Translations under genes and position numbers: made by a program
Part shown: positions 15,258-24,606 of the stretch, piece after piece
Layout of the letters: each line of letters opens with the position of its first letter
How positions within the stretch are numbered: the first letter of the stretch is position 1
The notes under the pieces: generated by a model
Told to the model about the DNA's origin: nothing
The model's database searches: none
Seen by the model: only the letters and a program-made list of their open reading frames with translations
Source of the DNA: an uncultured Bacillales bacterium
GTDB lineage: Bacteria > Bacillota_I > Bacilli_A > RFN20 > CAG-826
Assembly (NCBI GenBank): GCA_937902735.1
Contig: CALELS010000015.1
Coordinates: 15,070 to 79,069 of the forward strand
DNA length: 64,000 nucleotides
Direction of reading: 5' to 3'

Positions 15258-16197
15258 CATTGCTATTTCTGTTATCATTCCAACTCACAATAACGCTGAT
15301 ACTATTTTAGATGCTGTGGGTTCTTGTTTTAGCCAAGATTTTGATCAACCATTTGAAGTCGTATTACTTGCAGATGCCTGCACAGATGATACTGTCTCTC
15401 TTATTAAAAATTTTCAAAAAACCCATAATAACCTCGTTATGTTTGAGGTCAAGAATAAATCTGCTCTTAAAAATAGAATTGAAGGAGCAAGAAAAGCTAA
15501 AGGTGAATATTTAATGTTTTTAGATGGCGATGACGCATTTGTACCACACGCTTTCAAAACCTTATATAACGCTATCAAAAAGTCTGATGCCGATATGGTA
15601 AATGCTAGCTTCTACATCAAAACAAAGAAAAGAACTAGGAAATACGCGTTTAATCAAGACGTTTTGCTAAATAGAAATGAAGCAATTCGTGATTTGTTTA
15701 AAGATTTAAAAATGAGGGCTTTTATGACAACCAAAATCTTTAAAAGAGAGTTGTTCTTAAAAATCGAGATTTTAGATGCTTTATTTAAATTTGATGTTGG
15801 AAACTTTCTCTATGAGGACTTACTAACCAATTTCTATTATTTCTTAAACGTTAAAAAAGTTAGGTGCATTCAAGAACCAGTCTACATTTACAACAAAACT
15901 AATGAAAACTCGTCTACATCCAGTGGATATCGTAGAGTGATTGATCATGCAATGGTTAAAAACATGATTAGGTTTAAAATTGAACAAATTAACGATCCAG
16001 AAATAAGGAAATATTTCATTAAATCTAAATTTAGAACTCAAACATTGTTTCTAGCTGATAAAGTTTTAGCAAAATTCCCTAATAAAGATGTTCGTAAAAC
16101 CATTATCAGCGAAGCAAGACATGATTTTAAAAATGCATATAGTAAGAAATTTGATGTTGCTAAGGTTGTATTCAATCAACTAATCAAAGAATTATGA
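15250..16197 (+). CDS. Family 2 glycosyltransferase
   Basis: ISVIIPTHNNADTI, DxD region FLDGDDAFV, about 315 aa. The start overlaps the end of the upstream gene. Confidence 0.8.
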   Translation: MNNIAISVIIPTHNNADTILDAVGSCFSQDFDQPFEVVLLADACTDDTVSLIKNFQKTHNNLVMFEVKNKSALKNRIEGARKAKGEYLMFLDGDDAFVPHAFKTLYNAIKKSDADMVNASFYIKTKKRTRKYAFNQDVLLNRNEAIRDLFKDLKMRAFMTTKIFKRELFLKIEILDALFKFDVGNFLYEDLLTNFYYFLNVKKVRCIQEPVYIYNKTNENSSTSSGYRRVIDHAMVKNMIRFKIEQINDPEIRKYFIKSKFRTQTLFLADKVLAKFPNKDVRKTIISEARHDFKNAYSKKFDVAKVVFNQLIKEL

Positions 16198-17879
16198 AAC
16201 AAAGAAAACCAGGATTAATTAGAAAGATATTTGGCTACGTTTCCATAGGAATTGGAGGCTTTTTATCTTTCTTAATTATCTTAAATGCTGCTCTACCAGC
16301 AGGGTTATCTGGCATAATTTCATCGACTATTTTTATTATTGCTGGCGATGCTCTTAATCCAAGTAGAGCTGCACCAGTTGTTAATGTTACAGAAGTTAAT
16401 TTATCTTTCTATTCAAAGTCCGAATTGAACAATATTGATGGGTATAAGAAAAACGAAATTCCTGTAGGTGCTACCAAGGCAATGCAGTTTAGTGTAAAAC
16501 CAAATGATGCGACAAATACAAATTTTACTTATGCTTGCACGAAGGATGATGTCACATTAACTCGAAGTGGTAACATTCTTTATGTTCAACCTAATTCTCT
16601 TGGAGAATTTTCGATTGAATTCAAGAGTGTGGATGGCGAATTTAGTAAAACCCAAGAGTTCAAAGCAGTCGATTTAATTGCGCCTAAAAATATTAATCTA
16701 CAAGAGGAAAATATCGAACTTGTGATGGGGAAATCATATAGATTTGAACCAGAATACTTAAGCGATTTAATGAAAGATCCTTTGATGTCGGTTCGCTATT
16801 ACGATGTTTCAAGACTATCTTTTACATGTGATGATGAAAGCGTTGCTAAAGTAGACGAATATGGTGTTATCTCGTCAAGTGCTGTAGGTGAAACTTTTGT
16901 AACAATAAGCGATGGTAGTAACACAAAGAAAATCAATGTTAAGGTTAATGAAAATCAAGATTCAATTATTGAACCTTCTTCGTTTTCCTTGAGCAAAAAT
17001 CAAGAATATGCATATATTCAGGATCTTGATTATGATAGAAATGCTTCTGAAGGAGAAACCTTCCATACACATCTAGAAGTTAATTGGGAGAATTTACCAA
17101 CAGATGATACTGTAACTTTTATATCCTCTGATCCACTTGTTGCAAAAGTTGATAATAATGGTGATGTTCGTGGTTATCGTAAAAAAGGAACAACCACAAT
17201 TACTTGTTTTTCAAATCGAAAACCAGAAATTAAACAAACAATCGATATTGAAGTTAAAGATGTTTTTGTAAGTGAATTTGATATTAAAAAAGATCAGTTT
17301 AAAGATATACCAGTCGGTAAAAATATTACTTTAACTCCTTCTTATGGTCCAAGAAATGCAACAACATATACTTTTGGATGTGAAAGTAAAAATCCAGACA
17401 TTGCTTTAGCAACTTCTGCTGGGAGAAGCATAATTGTTGAAGGGAAGGCTATAGGGGATGCCACTATTGTTATCTATCCAAAGAATAATCCTGAACTAAA
17501 GAAAGAATTCGCTGTTACAGTTGTTCCTTATAGTATTGCAGATGATCCAAACTTTAGTGAGAACCATAATTCGTTTAGAAAAATAGTAGGACATTTTTCT
17601 CTTTTTATGGTTGATGCCATATTCTTAACTGTTGGTTTTGCTTTGTTATTCTTTGACAACAAGATTTTTAGATACGTTATTTATTTGATTTCTATTAGCA
17701 CAGGTTTATTCTTGGCAGGTATTTCTGAATTTATACAAACTTTCTCACCAGGAAGAACAGGCAAAATTGATGACTTCTTAATTGATTCCGCTGGATATAT
17801 TGTGGGTTTATTGATTGTTTTAAGTGTGTTCCTAACGATCTATTTAGTTAAATTCATTGTTAAGAAGGTGAAGAAATAA
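16194..17879 (+). CDS. Membrane protein with N-terminal TM, multiple Big_2-type Ig-like domains and a C-terminal VanZ-like TM domain
   Basis: Big_2-like repeats (e.g. LSFTCDDESVAKVDEYGVISSSAVGETFVTISDGSNTKKINVKV). The C-terminus FSLFMVDAIFLTVGF...EFIQTFSPGRTGKIDDFLIDSAGYIVGL matches the VanZ family motif E..Q...PGR...D.D...N..G. Confidence 0.6.
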   Translation: MKQRKPGLIRKIFGYVSIGIGGFLSFLIILNAALPAGLSGIISSTIFIIAGDALNPSRAAPVVNVTEVNLSFYSKSELNNIDGYKKNEIPVGATKAMQFSVKPNDATNTNFTYACTKDDVTLTRSGNILYVQPNSLGEFSIEFKSVDGEFSKTQEFKAVDLIAPKNINLQEENIELVMGKSYRFEPEYLSDLMKDPLMSVRYYDVSRLSFTCDDESVAKVDEYGVISSSAVGETFVTISDGSNTKKINVKVNENQDSIIEPSSFSLSKNQEYAYIQDLDYDRNASEGETFHTHLEVNWENLPTDDTVTFISSDPLVAKVDNNGDVRGYRKKGTTTITCFSNRKPEIKQTIDIEVKDVFVSEFDIKKDQFKDIPVGKNITLTPSYGPRNATTYTFGCESKNPDIALATSAGRSIIVEGKAIGDATIVIYPKNNPELKKEFAVTVVPYSIADDPNFSENHNSFRKIVGHFSLFMVDAIFLTVGFALLFFDNKIFRYVIYLISISTGLFLAGISEFIQTFSPGRTGKIDDFLIDSAGYIVGLLIVLSVFLTIYLVKFIVKKVKK

Positions 17880-18046
17880 TGCATTCATATATTGTACGTT
17901 TTTTCTATCAAAACAAGATAATTGAAGAGACAGTAACAACACATTCACCTGAAGATGCTTCTCGTATTATTAAATCTAAATATGAGAACTCGACCATCAT
18001 TTCTATGAAATGTATCGATTACGATAATGATGATAGAATCTATTAA
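17879..18046 (+). CDS. Possible small protein (55 aa) overlapping the upstream stop (ATAATG)
   Basis: ORF MHSYIVRFFYQNKIIEETVTTHSPEDASRIIKSKYENSTIISMKCIDYDNDDRIY, not in the ORF track because it is below the cutoff. There is no clear RBS. Confidence 0.2.
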   Translation: MHSYIVRFFYQNKIIEETVTTHSPEDASRIIKSKYENSTIISMKCIDYDNDDRIY

Positions 18047-18108
18047 ATATTAGAAAACGACATTTAAATAAATGTTATGCTATAATATGTTGACCTTGGA
18101 GGTAGTTT

Positions 18109-18576
18109 ATGAAATCAAATATTAGTTGGGACGAATATTTCATGGGTATGGCTCTTCTTTCTTCTCAAAGAAGTAAAGATCCAAATACCAAAGTAGGTGC
18201 ATGTATTGTTGATAAAGACCATAAGGTTGTTTCAAATGGTTATAATGGCATGCCAACAGGAATTGATGAAACAAAGATTTCTTGGAACAAAGGTGAAGGT
18301 TTAGATAGCAAATATCTCTATGTTTGCCATGCTGAATTCAACGCAATTTTAAATACTCGTGATGGAGCCGCTTTAAAAGGCTGCACATTATATGTCACAT
18401 TATTCCCATGTAATGAATGTTCAAAAGCTATTATCCAAACAGGAATTAAAGAAGTTGTCTACTTAGACAACAAATATGCTGATACAACTGCAATTAAAGC
18501 TTCGGCTTTGATGCTTGAACTTGCAGGTATTAAAGTTCGTAAATACGAAGGAAGATTAATTAACCTCGAATACTAA
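18109..18576 (+). CDS. comEB: dCMP deaminase (ComEB/Dcd family, cytidine/deoxycytidylate deaminase zinc-binding)
   Basis: Zinc motifs CHAEFNAI and PCNECSKAI, 155 aa. GGAGG RBS. Upstream promoter-like cgacat-N17-tgcTATAAT. Confidence 0.8.
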   Translation: MKSNISWDEYFMGMALLSSQRSKDPNTKVGACIVDKDHKVVSNGYNGMPTGIDETKISWNKGEGLDSKYLYVCHAEFNAILNTRDGAALKGCTLYVTLFPCNECSKAIIQTGIKEVVYLDNKYADTTAIKASALMLELAGIKVRKYEGRLINLEY

Positions 18577-18577
18577 A

Positions 18578-19393
18578 ATGGAACTTATTAAAGCCAGTAA
18601 CATTAGCTTTTCCTACGATGATAAAGTAGACGCGCTTCACTGTGCTACTTTTTCTTTTGAAGAAGGTAAAAGCTATGCTGTTATTGGTCATAATGGTTCT
18701 GGTAAATCTACCTTAGCAAAAATATTAATTGGATTACTCAAAGCAAGTGATGGTGAAATCACCGCTTTTGATCTTCCATATAATTCAAAAAATATTAAAG
18801 AAATCCGTTCTAGACTTGGAATCATCTTCCAAAACCCTGATAACCAATTCATAGGTGCTTCTGTTCGTGATGATATTGCCTTTGGACTTGAAAATAGGCG
18901 AGTTCCTACTAAGAAAATGGAAGGAATCATCCAAGAATTTTCTAAAGAAGTGGGAATGGAAGACTACCTAGATTATGAACCATCTTCCCTTAGTGGTGGT
19001 CAAAAGCAAAGAGTTGCAATCGCTGGAGTTCTTTCAATGCATCCAGATGTAATCATCCTTGATGAAGCAACATCAATGTTAGACCCAAAAGGTAAGAAAG
19101 AAGTTTTAGATTTAATTGCTAAGTTAAGAAAAGAGAATCCAAAACTTACATTAATCAGTATTACTCATGATATTGAAGAAGCTTTTTCGCATGACGAAAT
19201 CATTGTGATGAATCGCGGTAGAGTAGTTCTTAGAGGTGACAAAAAAGAAGTACTTGAACATTCTGATATTTTAGAATCGTGTCGTTTAGATATTCCTTTC
19301 ATGTATAAACTTGCAAATGATTTAGATTCAATTGGGGTAAAAATTGATCCAAATAAATCAATTGAAGAGGTGGCAAAAGATATATGTCGATAA
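18578..19393 (+). CDS. ecfA1: ECF transporter energy-coupling ATPase A1
   Basis: Walker A GHNGSGKST, signature LSGGQKQR, Walker B ILDEATS; followed by the ecfA2-ecfT-truA arrangement. Confidence 0.85.
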   Translation: MELIKASNISFSYDDKVDALHCATFSFEEGKSYAVIGHNGSGKSTLAKILIGLLKASDGEITAFDLPYNSKNIKEIRSRLGIIFQNPDNQFIGASVRDDIAFGLENRRVPTKKMEGIIQEFSKEVGMEDYLDYEPSSLSGGQKQRVAIAGVLSMHPDVIILDEATSMLDPKGKKEVLDLIAKLRKENPKLTLISITHDIEEAFSHDEIIVMNRGRVVLRGDKKEVLEHSDILESCRLDIPFMYKLANDLDSIGVKIDPNKSIEEVAKDICR

Positions 19394-20244
19394 GATTTAA
19401 TGATGTCACCTTCATTTACAATCGTCGTAGTCCTTTTGAAAAGGTTGCTAATGACCATATTTCTTCTGAAATAGAAGATAAATCTTTCACATGTATTGTT
19501 GGTAAAACTGGATGTGGTAAATCAACTTTAATTCAACAAATGAACGCTCTTCTTGTTCCAACAGAAGGTGAAGTTGTTGTTGATGAATTTATTGTTTCTA
19601 GCAATCGCAAAAGAAGAACAAAAAAATTACAAAATCTTAGAAAGAAAGTAGGCATTGTTTTCCAATTCTCTGAAAATCAATTGTTTGAAGACACCGTTTT
19701 AAAAGATGTAATGTTTGGACCAAAAAATTTTGGTGCAAACAATGAAGAAGCTAAAAAGATTGCAATTAAATGTTTAGAACAAGTTGGTCTTGATTCTTCA
19801 TATTATGAAAAATCTCCTTTTGACTTAAGTGGTGGAGAAAAACGAAAAGTTGCAATTGCAGGAATTTTTGCTCTTTCACCAGATGTCGTTGTTTTAGATG
19901 AACCTACTGCAGGACTTGATCCTCATGCAAGTAGAGAAATGTTGAACATCTTAGAGAAGATGAACAAAAACGGAACAACGATAATAGTGGTTACTCATAA
20001 CATGGATTTAGTCCTTCGTTATTCAGATAAAGTCGTTTTAATGCACGAAGGAAAAATAGCAAAACATGTTTCACCAATTGAATTGTTTTATTCTGATGAA
20101 TTGGACGAATATTCTTTAGAAGTCCCTCAAATTGTTCAATTAACTAAATTGTTAATTGATAAAGGAATGAAGATTAACAAACAAAATGTTAAAGATATTA
20201 AGTCCTTTATAGAAGAATTTGAAAAAGCGAGGAAACACAAATGA
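19384..20244 (+). CDS. ecfA2: ECF transporter energy-coupling ATPase A2
   Basis: Walker A GKTGCGKST, signature LSGGEKRK, Walker B VLDEPTAGLD. Confidence 0.85.
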   Translation: MSIRFNDVTFIYNRRSPFEKVANDHISSEIEDKSFTCIVGKTGCGKSTLIQQMNALLVPTEGEVVVDEFIVSSNRKRRTKKLQNLRKKVGIVFQFSENQLFEDTVLKDVMFGPKNFGANNEEAKKIAIKCLEQVGLDSSYYEKSPFDLSGGEKRKVAIAGIFALSPDVVVLDEPTAGLDPHASREMLNILEKMNKNGTTIIVVTHNMDLVLRYSDKVVLMHEGKIAKHVSPIELFYSDELDEYSLEVPQIVQLTKLLIDKGMKINKQNVKDIKSFIEEFEKARKHK

Positions 20245-21203
20245 ATGGTGTAGCGCTTGGTAGATACACTCCAAGAGATACATTTATTCATCGCTTGGAT
20301 GCTAGAAATAAAATAGTTTGCTTAATTTTGCTTATGGTAGCATCCTTTTGGTCTTTTAATCTACCTTCAGGAGCAGTTGACTTTGTAATGAGTTTTATTG
20401 TCCAGGGTGTAATTTTGTTTATAACAATTGTTTTATTAATAGTGTCTAAAATTTCATTCAAAAGTATATTTTCATCATTAAAACCTCTTTGGTTACTTGC
20501 AATTGTGATGTTTCTTATCAACTGCTTTATTCCTCCAGTAAATTCCGAAGTGTATGGTGTTGCTTTTTATCTTTGGAAATATCCTATCTGGTGGGGTTCT
20601 ATTATGCAAAGCATAAGGATTATTCTAAGAATCGTAATTATGCTACTAATGACGCTTGTATTAACAGCAACTACAAAACCATTAGATTTAACTTTTGCCT
20701 TCGAATGGTTTATGTATCCACTTAAACTTATACGTTTCCCTGTTCATGAAATAGCAATGACTCTTTCAATTGCCTTAAGATTTATCCCAACATTACTTGA
20801 TGAAACTGATCGAATTATGAAAGCTCAAGCATCTCGTGGTGTAGATTTTAAACACGGAAAAATATCATCAAGATTTAGAGCGTTAACCTCTTTAATTGTT
20901 CCATTATTTATTTCTGCTTTCCAAAGAAGCGAAGAACTTGCAGATGCAATGGAAGCTAGAGGATATAATCCAAGAGCAAAACGCACGAGATATCGTAAAT
21001 TACGTTTTTCTCTCTATGATGTTATTACATTTTTATTTGTAACTGCTTTAACAACTGGAGTAATTCTAGTTGCGTGTTTCCATATTAATATGGATAACAC
21101 TTTGTTCTTACCATGGCTATTAATTGCTCTAGCAGGCATGATTGTGTTATTTATTTTGTTAGGAATTATATTTGTGTCATTTCCTAGAAAGGAAAAGAAA
21201 TGA
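20241..21203 (+). CDS. ecfT: ECF transporter transmembrane T component
   Basis: Polytopic membrane protein following ecfA1/A2. Has the conserved ARG (AMEARGY) motif region. Confidence 0.8.
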   Translation: MNGVALGRYTPRDTFIHRLDARNKIVCLILLMVASFWSFNLPSGAVDFVMSFIVQGVILFITIVLLIVSKISFKSIFSSLKPLWLLAIVMFLINCFIPPVNSEVYGVAFYLWKYPIWWGSIMQSIRIILRIVIMLLMTLVLTATTKPLDLTFAFEWFMYPLKLIRFPVHEIAMTLSIALRFIPTLLDETDRIMKAQASRGVDFKHGKISSRFRALTSLIVPLFISAFQRSEELADAMEARGYNPRAKRTRYRKLRFSLYDVITFLFVTALTTGVILVACFHINMDNTLFLPWLLIALAGMIVLFILLGIIFVSFPRKEKK

Positions 21204-21949
21204 GAATCTTAGCAATTGTTCAATATGATGGAACTAACTTTGTAGGCTGGCAAATTCAACCTAATGGAAGAAGTGTCCAAGAAGAAATTGAAAAGATTCT
21301 TTCAATGATTTTAAATACACCTACCAAAATACACGGATCAGGCAGAACAGATGCAGGGGTTCATGCTCTTGCTCAAACATTCCACTTTGATATAACAAAA
21401 GAGGATATTGATTTAGGAAGATTAAGATATTCGGTTAATTCTTTACTTCCATTAGATATACATATTCTCTCTTTTGAAAGAGTTGATGATAATTTTCACG
21501 CTAGATATGATGTTTCTACGAAAACATATTTATATTCATTATCAATGGGTGAATTTGATGTATTTTCCCATAGATATTCCACCCAATTCTTGAGAGAACT
21601 TGATTTTGAAGCTATTAAAAAAGCTGCGAAATTGTTCATTGGCACACATGAATACAAGAATTTCACCACTAAAGAAACTGATAAAAACAATTTTGTTAGA
21701 ACAATATTTGAATTTAATGTTGACTTAGTGGAATCCACTATTGTCTTTAGAATCACTGGAAGTGGTTTTATGAGATATATGGTTAGAATGATCGTTGGTA
21801 CATTAGTAGAAGTAGGACTTCATAAAATAACAAAAGAAGATATTGAATCACTTCTTGAAAGTAAAATTAGATCTATAACTCCATATAAGGCTCCACCAGA
21901 AGGATTGTTCTTGATGAATGTCACTTATGAACGTGGAGAGAAGGCATAA
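21200..21949 (+). CDS. truA: tRNA pseudouridine(38-40) synthase
   Basis: MRILAIVQYDGTNFVGWQIQPNGRSVQ and GSGRTDAGVHA with catalytic Asp; the ecf-truA order is conserved in Firmicutes. Confidence 0.85.
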   Translation: MRILAIVQYDGTNFVGWQIQPNGRSVQEEIEKILSMILNTPTKIHGSGRTDAGVHALAQTFHFDITKEDIDLGRLRYSVNSLLPLDIHILSFERVDDNFHARYDVSTKTYLYSLSMGEFDVFSHRYSTQFLRELDFEAIKKAAKLFIGTHEYKNFTTKETDKNNFVRTIFEFNVDLVESTIVFRITGSGFMRYMVRMIVGTLVEVGLHKITKEDIESLLESKIRSITPYKAPPEGLFLMNVTYERGEKA

Positions 21950-21957
21950 GAAGCGAT

Positions 21958-22155
21958 ATGAAATATGCATTAAAAACTGGTTTAGGAATCATATCCGTAT
22001 TAATGATGTTTTTCGGTTTCTACCTTGCATTAAATAATTTTGGTAAAGATACAACGTCATTCATTATCTACACAGTTATGTTTGGGGTCGGACTATTAGG
22101 TTTATGTGGTTCTGCTATTTGGATAATCATAGAGAATCGAAATAAAAATAACTAA
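21958..22155 (+). CDS. Small two-TM membrane protein (hypothetical)
   Basis: 65 aa, two hydrophobic helices, basic C-terminal tail. Confidence 0.35.
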   Translation: MKYALKTGLGIISVLMMFFGFYLALNNFGKDTTSFIIYTVMFGVGLLGLCGSAIWIIIENRNKNN

Positions 22156-22250
22156 AAAACGAATTGAAAGATTGCACAATATTGCAATTTTTTCATTTTA
22201 TGTTGCATATATCATTTTTATATATATAATATGTGGGCGAGGTAAATTAT

Positions 22251-23444
22251 ATGACTTTAAAAGAAATACGCAAAAATTGCAAATTAACTCAAGAAGAAGC
22301 TGCTAAGGTTGTTGGAGTTAGTAAACGTACATTCGTTTCATATGAAAACGACGAATCTAAAGCAGACTTACTTAAACTTGAAAGAATTAAAGAAAAATTA
22401 AATGAACTTATTGCTAAAGATACAGCGATCTTAAAAGATAAGGTTCTTCTTATTACTGGAGGTACTGGTTCATTTGGTCACGCTGTTGTTGATCGTTTCT
22501 TAGATACAGATATTAAAGAAATTAGAATCTTGTCACGTGATGAAAAGAAGCAAGATGATATGCGCAAGGCATACAATAACTCCAAATTAAAATTCTACAT
22601 TGGAGATGTTCGTAATCTTGATTCAATCATTGATGCATTTAAAGGTGTTGACTATGTTTTCTCTGCCGCAGCACTAAAACAAGTTCCATCATGCGAATTC
22701 TATCCAATGGAAGCTGTAAGAACTAATGTTATTGGTTCTGATAACGTTATTACTGCATGTGTTCGTAATAATGTTAAGAAAGCAATCTTCTTATCGACAG
22801 ATAAGGCTGCATATCCAATTAACGCTATGGGCATTTCAAAAGCCTTAATGGAAAAGAATGTTATTGCTAGAAGTAGACAACTTCTTCCAGGTGATACAGT
22901 TCTTTGTCTAACTCGTTATGGTAACGTTATGGCTAGTAGAGGAAGTGTTATCCCATTATTCTTAAATCAAATCCGTGAAGGAAAACCTATTACTATTACA
23001 AATCCAGATATGACAAGATTCATGATGACTCTTGATGATGCTGTTGATTTAGTCCTATACGCTTTTGAACATGGTGAACAAGGTGATTTATTTGTTCAAA
23101 AAGCTCCTGCAGCTACAATTGAAACATTAGCAAAAGCAGTTATTGAATTAACAAATAGTAAAACTGGTATTTCATACATTGGTACACGTCATGGTGAAAA
23201 ACTATATGAAACATTAGTAACTCAAGAAGAAATGCTCAAATCAGTTGATATGGGTAACTTCTTCTGTATTAAAGCTGATAATCGTGATTTAAACTATGAT
23301 AAATATTTCTCTAAAGGAAATAAGAAACTTAATCTTGGAGAAAGCTATACATCCCATAATACTGGTAGACTAGATGTTGAAGGAATGAAAAAACTTCTTA
23401 AAAAACTTGAACTCTTTGGTGGTCCAGTTAGACAACATGAATAG
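22251..23444 (+). CDS. UDP-GlcNAc 4,6-dehydratase/5-epimerase (FnlA/CapE/PseB class) with an extra N-terminal XRE-type HTH domain
   Basis: LLITGGTGSFGHAVVDRFL Rossmann fold plus extended SDR of the inverting-dehydratase type. Preceded by about 60 aa MTLKEIRKNCKLTQEEAAKVVGVSKRTFVSYEN (helix-turn-helix). Promoter TTGCAT-N16-TATAAT at 22203-22230. Confidence 0.75.
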   Translation: MTLKEIRKNCKLTQEEAAKVVGVSKRTFVSYENDESKADLLKLERIKEKLNELIAKDTAILKDKVLLITGGTGSFGHAVVDRFLDTDIKEIRILSRDEKKQDDMRKAYNNSKLKFYIGDVRNLDSIIDAFKGVDYVFSAAALKQVPSCEFYPMEAVRTNVIGSDNVITACVRNNVKKAIFLSTDKAAYPINAMGISKALMEKNVIARSRQLLPGDTVLCLTRYGNVMASRGSVIPLFLNQIREGKPITITNPDMTRFMMTLDDAVDLVLYAFEHGEQGDLFVQKAPAATIETLAKAVIELTNSKTGISYIGTRHGEKLYETLVTQEEMLKSVDMGNFFCIKADNRDLNYDKYFSKGNKKLNLGESYTSHNTGRLDVEGMKKLLKKLELFGGPVRQHE

Positions 23445-23455
23445 GAGGATAAAAT

Positions 23456-24604
23456 ATGGCCTTCAAAAATAATGGGAAATTAAAATTAATGATTATTGTT
23501 GGCACTCGTCCAGAAATTATTAGACTTGCTGCCGTTATTAACAAATGTCGTGATTATTTTGACACTATCTTAGTCCATACAGGGCAAAACTATGATTACA
23601 CCCTTAATGGTGTATTCTTTAAAGATTTATCTATCAAGGATCCAGATATCTATCTTGATGCAGTAGGCAAAGATTTAGGTGAAACAATGGGTAATATCAT
23701 TGCTAAATCATATCAAGCAATGGTGGAACTTAAACCCGATGCAGTGCTTGTTTTAGGAGACACTAATTCATGTTTAAGTGTTATTGGAGCAAAACGTCTT
23801 CATATCCCAGTATTCCATATGGAAGCAGGTAATAGATGCAAAGATGAATGTCTCCCAGAAGAAACAAATAGAAGAATTGTTGATATCATCTCGGATGTTA
23901 ACCTTGCTTATAGTGAACACGCTAGAAGATATCTTGCAGATACTGGACTTCCTAAAGAAAGAACATATGTCACTGGTTCACCAATGGCAGAAGTCTTAAC
24001 AAATAACCTAAAACAAATCGAAGCAAGTAAAATCTTAGAAAAACTTCATTTAGAAAAAGGTAAATATATTTTGTTAAGCGCTCATCGCGAAGAAAATATT
24101 GATACTGATAAGAACTTCTATTCACTCTTTAATGCAATTAATAAGATGGCAGAAATTTATGATATGCCAATTCTATATTCTTGCCATCCAAGAAGTAGAA
24201 AGAAACTTGAAGAAACAGGATTTAAATTAGATAAGAGAGTTATCATGCATGAACCATTAGGTTTCCATGATTATAACAATCTTCAAATGAATGCTTTTGC
24301 GGTCGTAAGCGATAGTGGTACTCTTCCAGAAGAATCATCATTCTATACATCAATTGGTAAACCTATAGCAGCAGTCTGTATTCGTACATCTACTGAAAGA
24401 CCAGAAGCTTTAGATGCTGCATGCTTTGTCCTTGCAGGTATTGATGAAGTAAATCTCCTTCAAGCTGTAGAAGTTGCAGTTAAAAACAAAGAAGGTAGTA
24501 GACCAGTTGATGTCTACACTGATACAAATGTTTCAGATAAAGTTGTTAAAATCATCCAATCTTATGTTGGTGTTGTTAACAAAATGGTTTGGAGAAAATA
24601 TTAA
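23456..24604 (+). CDS. UDP-N-acetylglucosamine 2-epimerase, non-hydrolysing (WecB/CapG/FnlC class)
   Basis: IVGTRPEIIRLAAVI, HxEAG (FHMEAGNR), 382 aa. Confidence 0.8.
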   Translation: MAFKNNGKLKLMIIVGTRPEIIRLAAVINKCRDYFDTILVHTGQNYDYTLNGVFFKDLSIKDPDIYLDAVGKDLGETMGNIIAKSYQAMVELKPDAVLVLGDTNSCLSVIGAKRLHIPVFHMEAGNRCKDECLPEETNRRIVDIISDVNLAYSEHARRYLADTGLPKERTYVTGSPMAEVLTNNLKQIEASKILEKLHLEKGKYILLSAHREENIDTDKNFYSLFNAINKMAEIYDMPILYSCHPRSRKKLEETGFKLDKRVIMHEPLGFHDYNNLQMNAFAVVSDSGTLPEESSFYTSIGKPIAAVCIRTSTERPEALDAACFVLAGIDEVNLLQAVEVAVKNKEGSRPVDVYTDTNVSDKVVKIIQSYVGVVNKMVWRKY

Positions 24605-24606
24605 TA

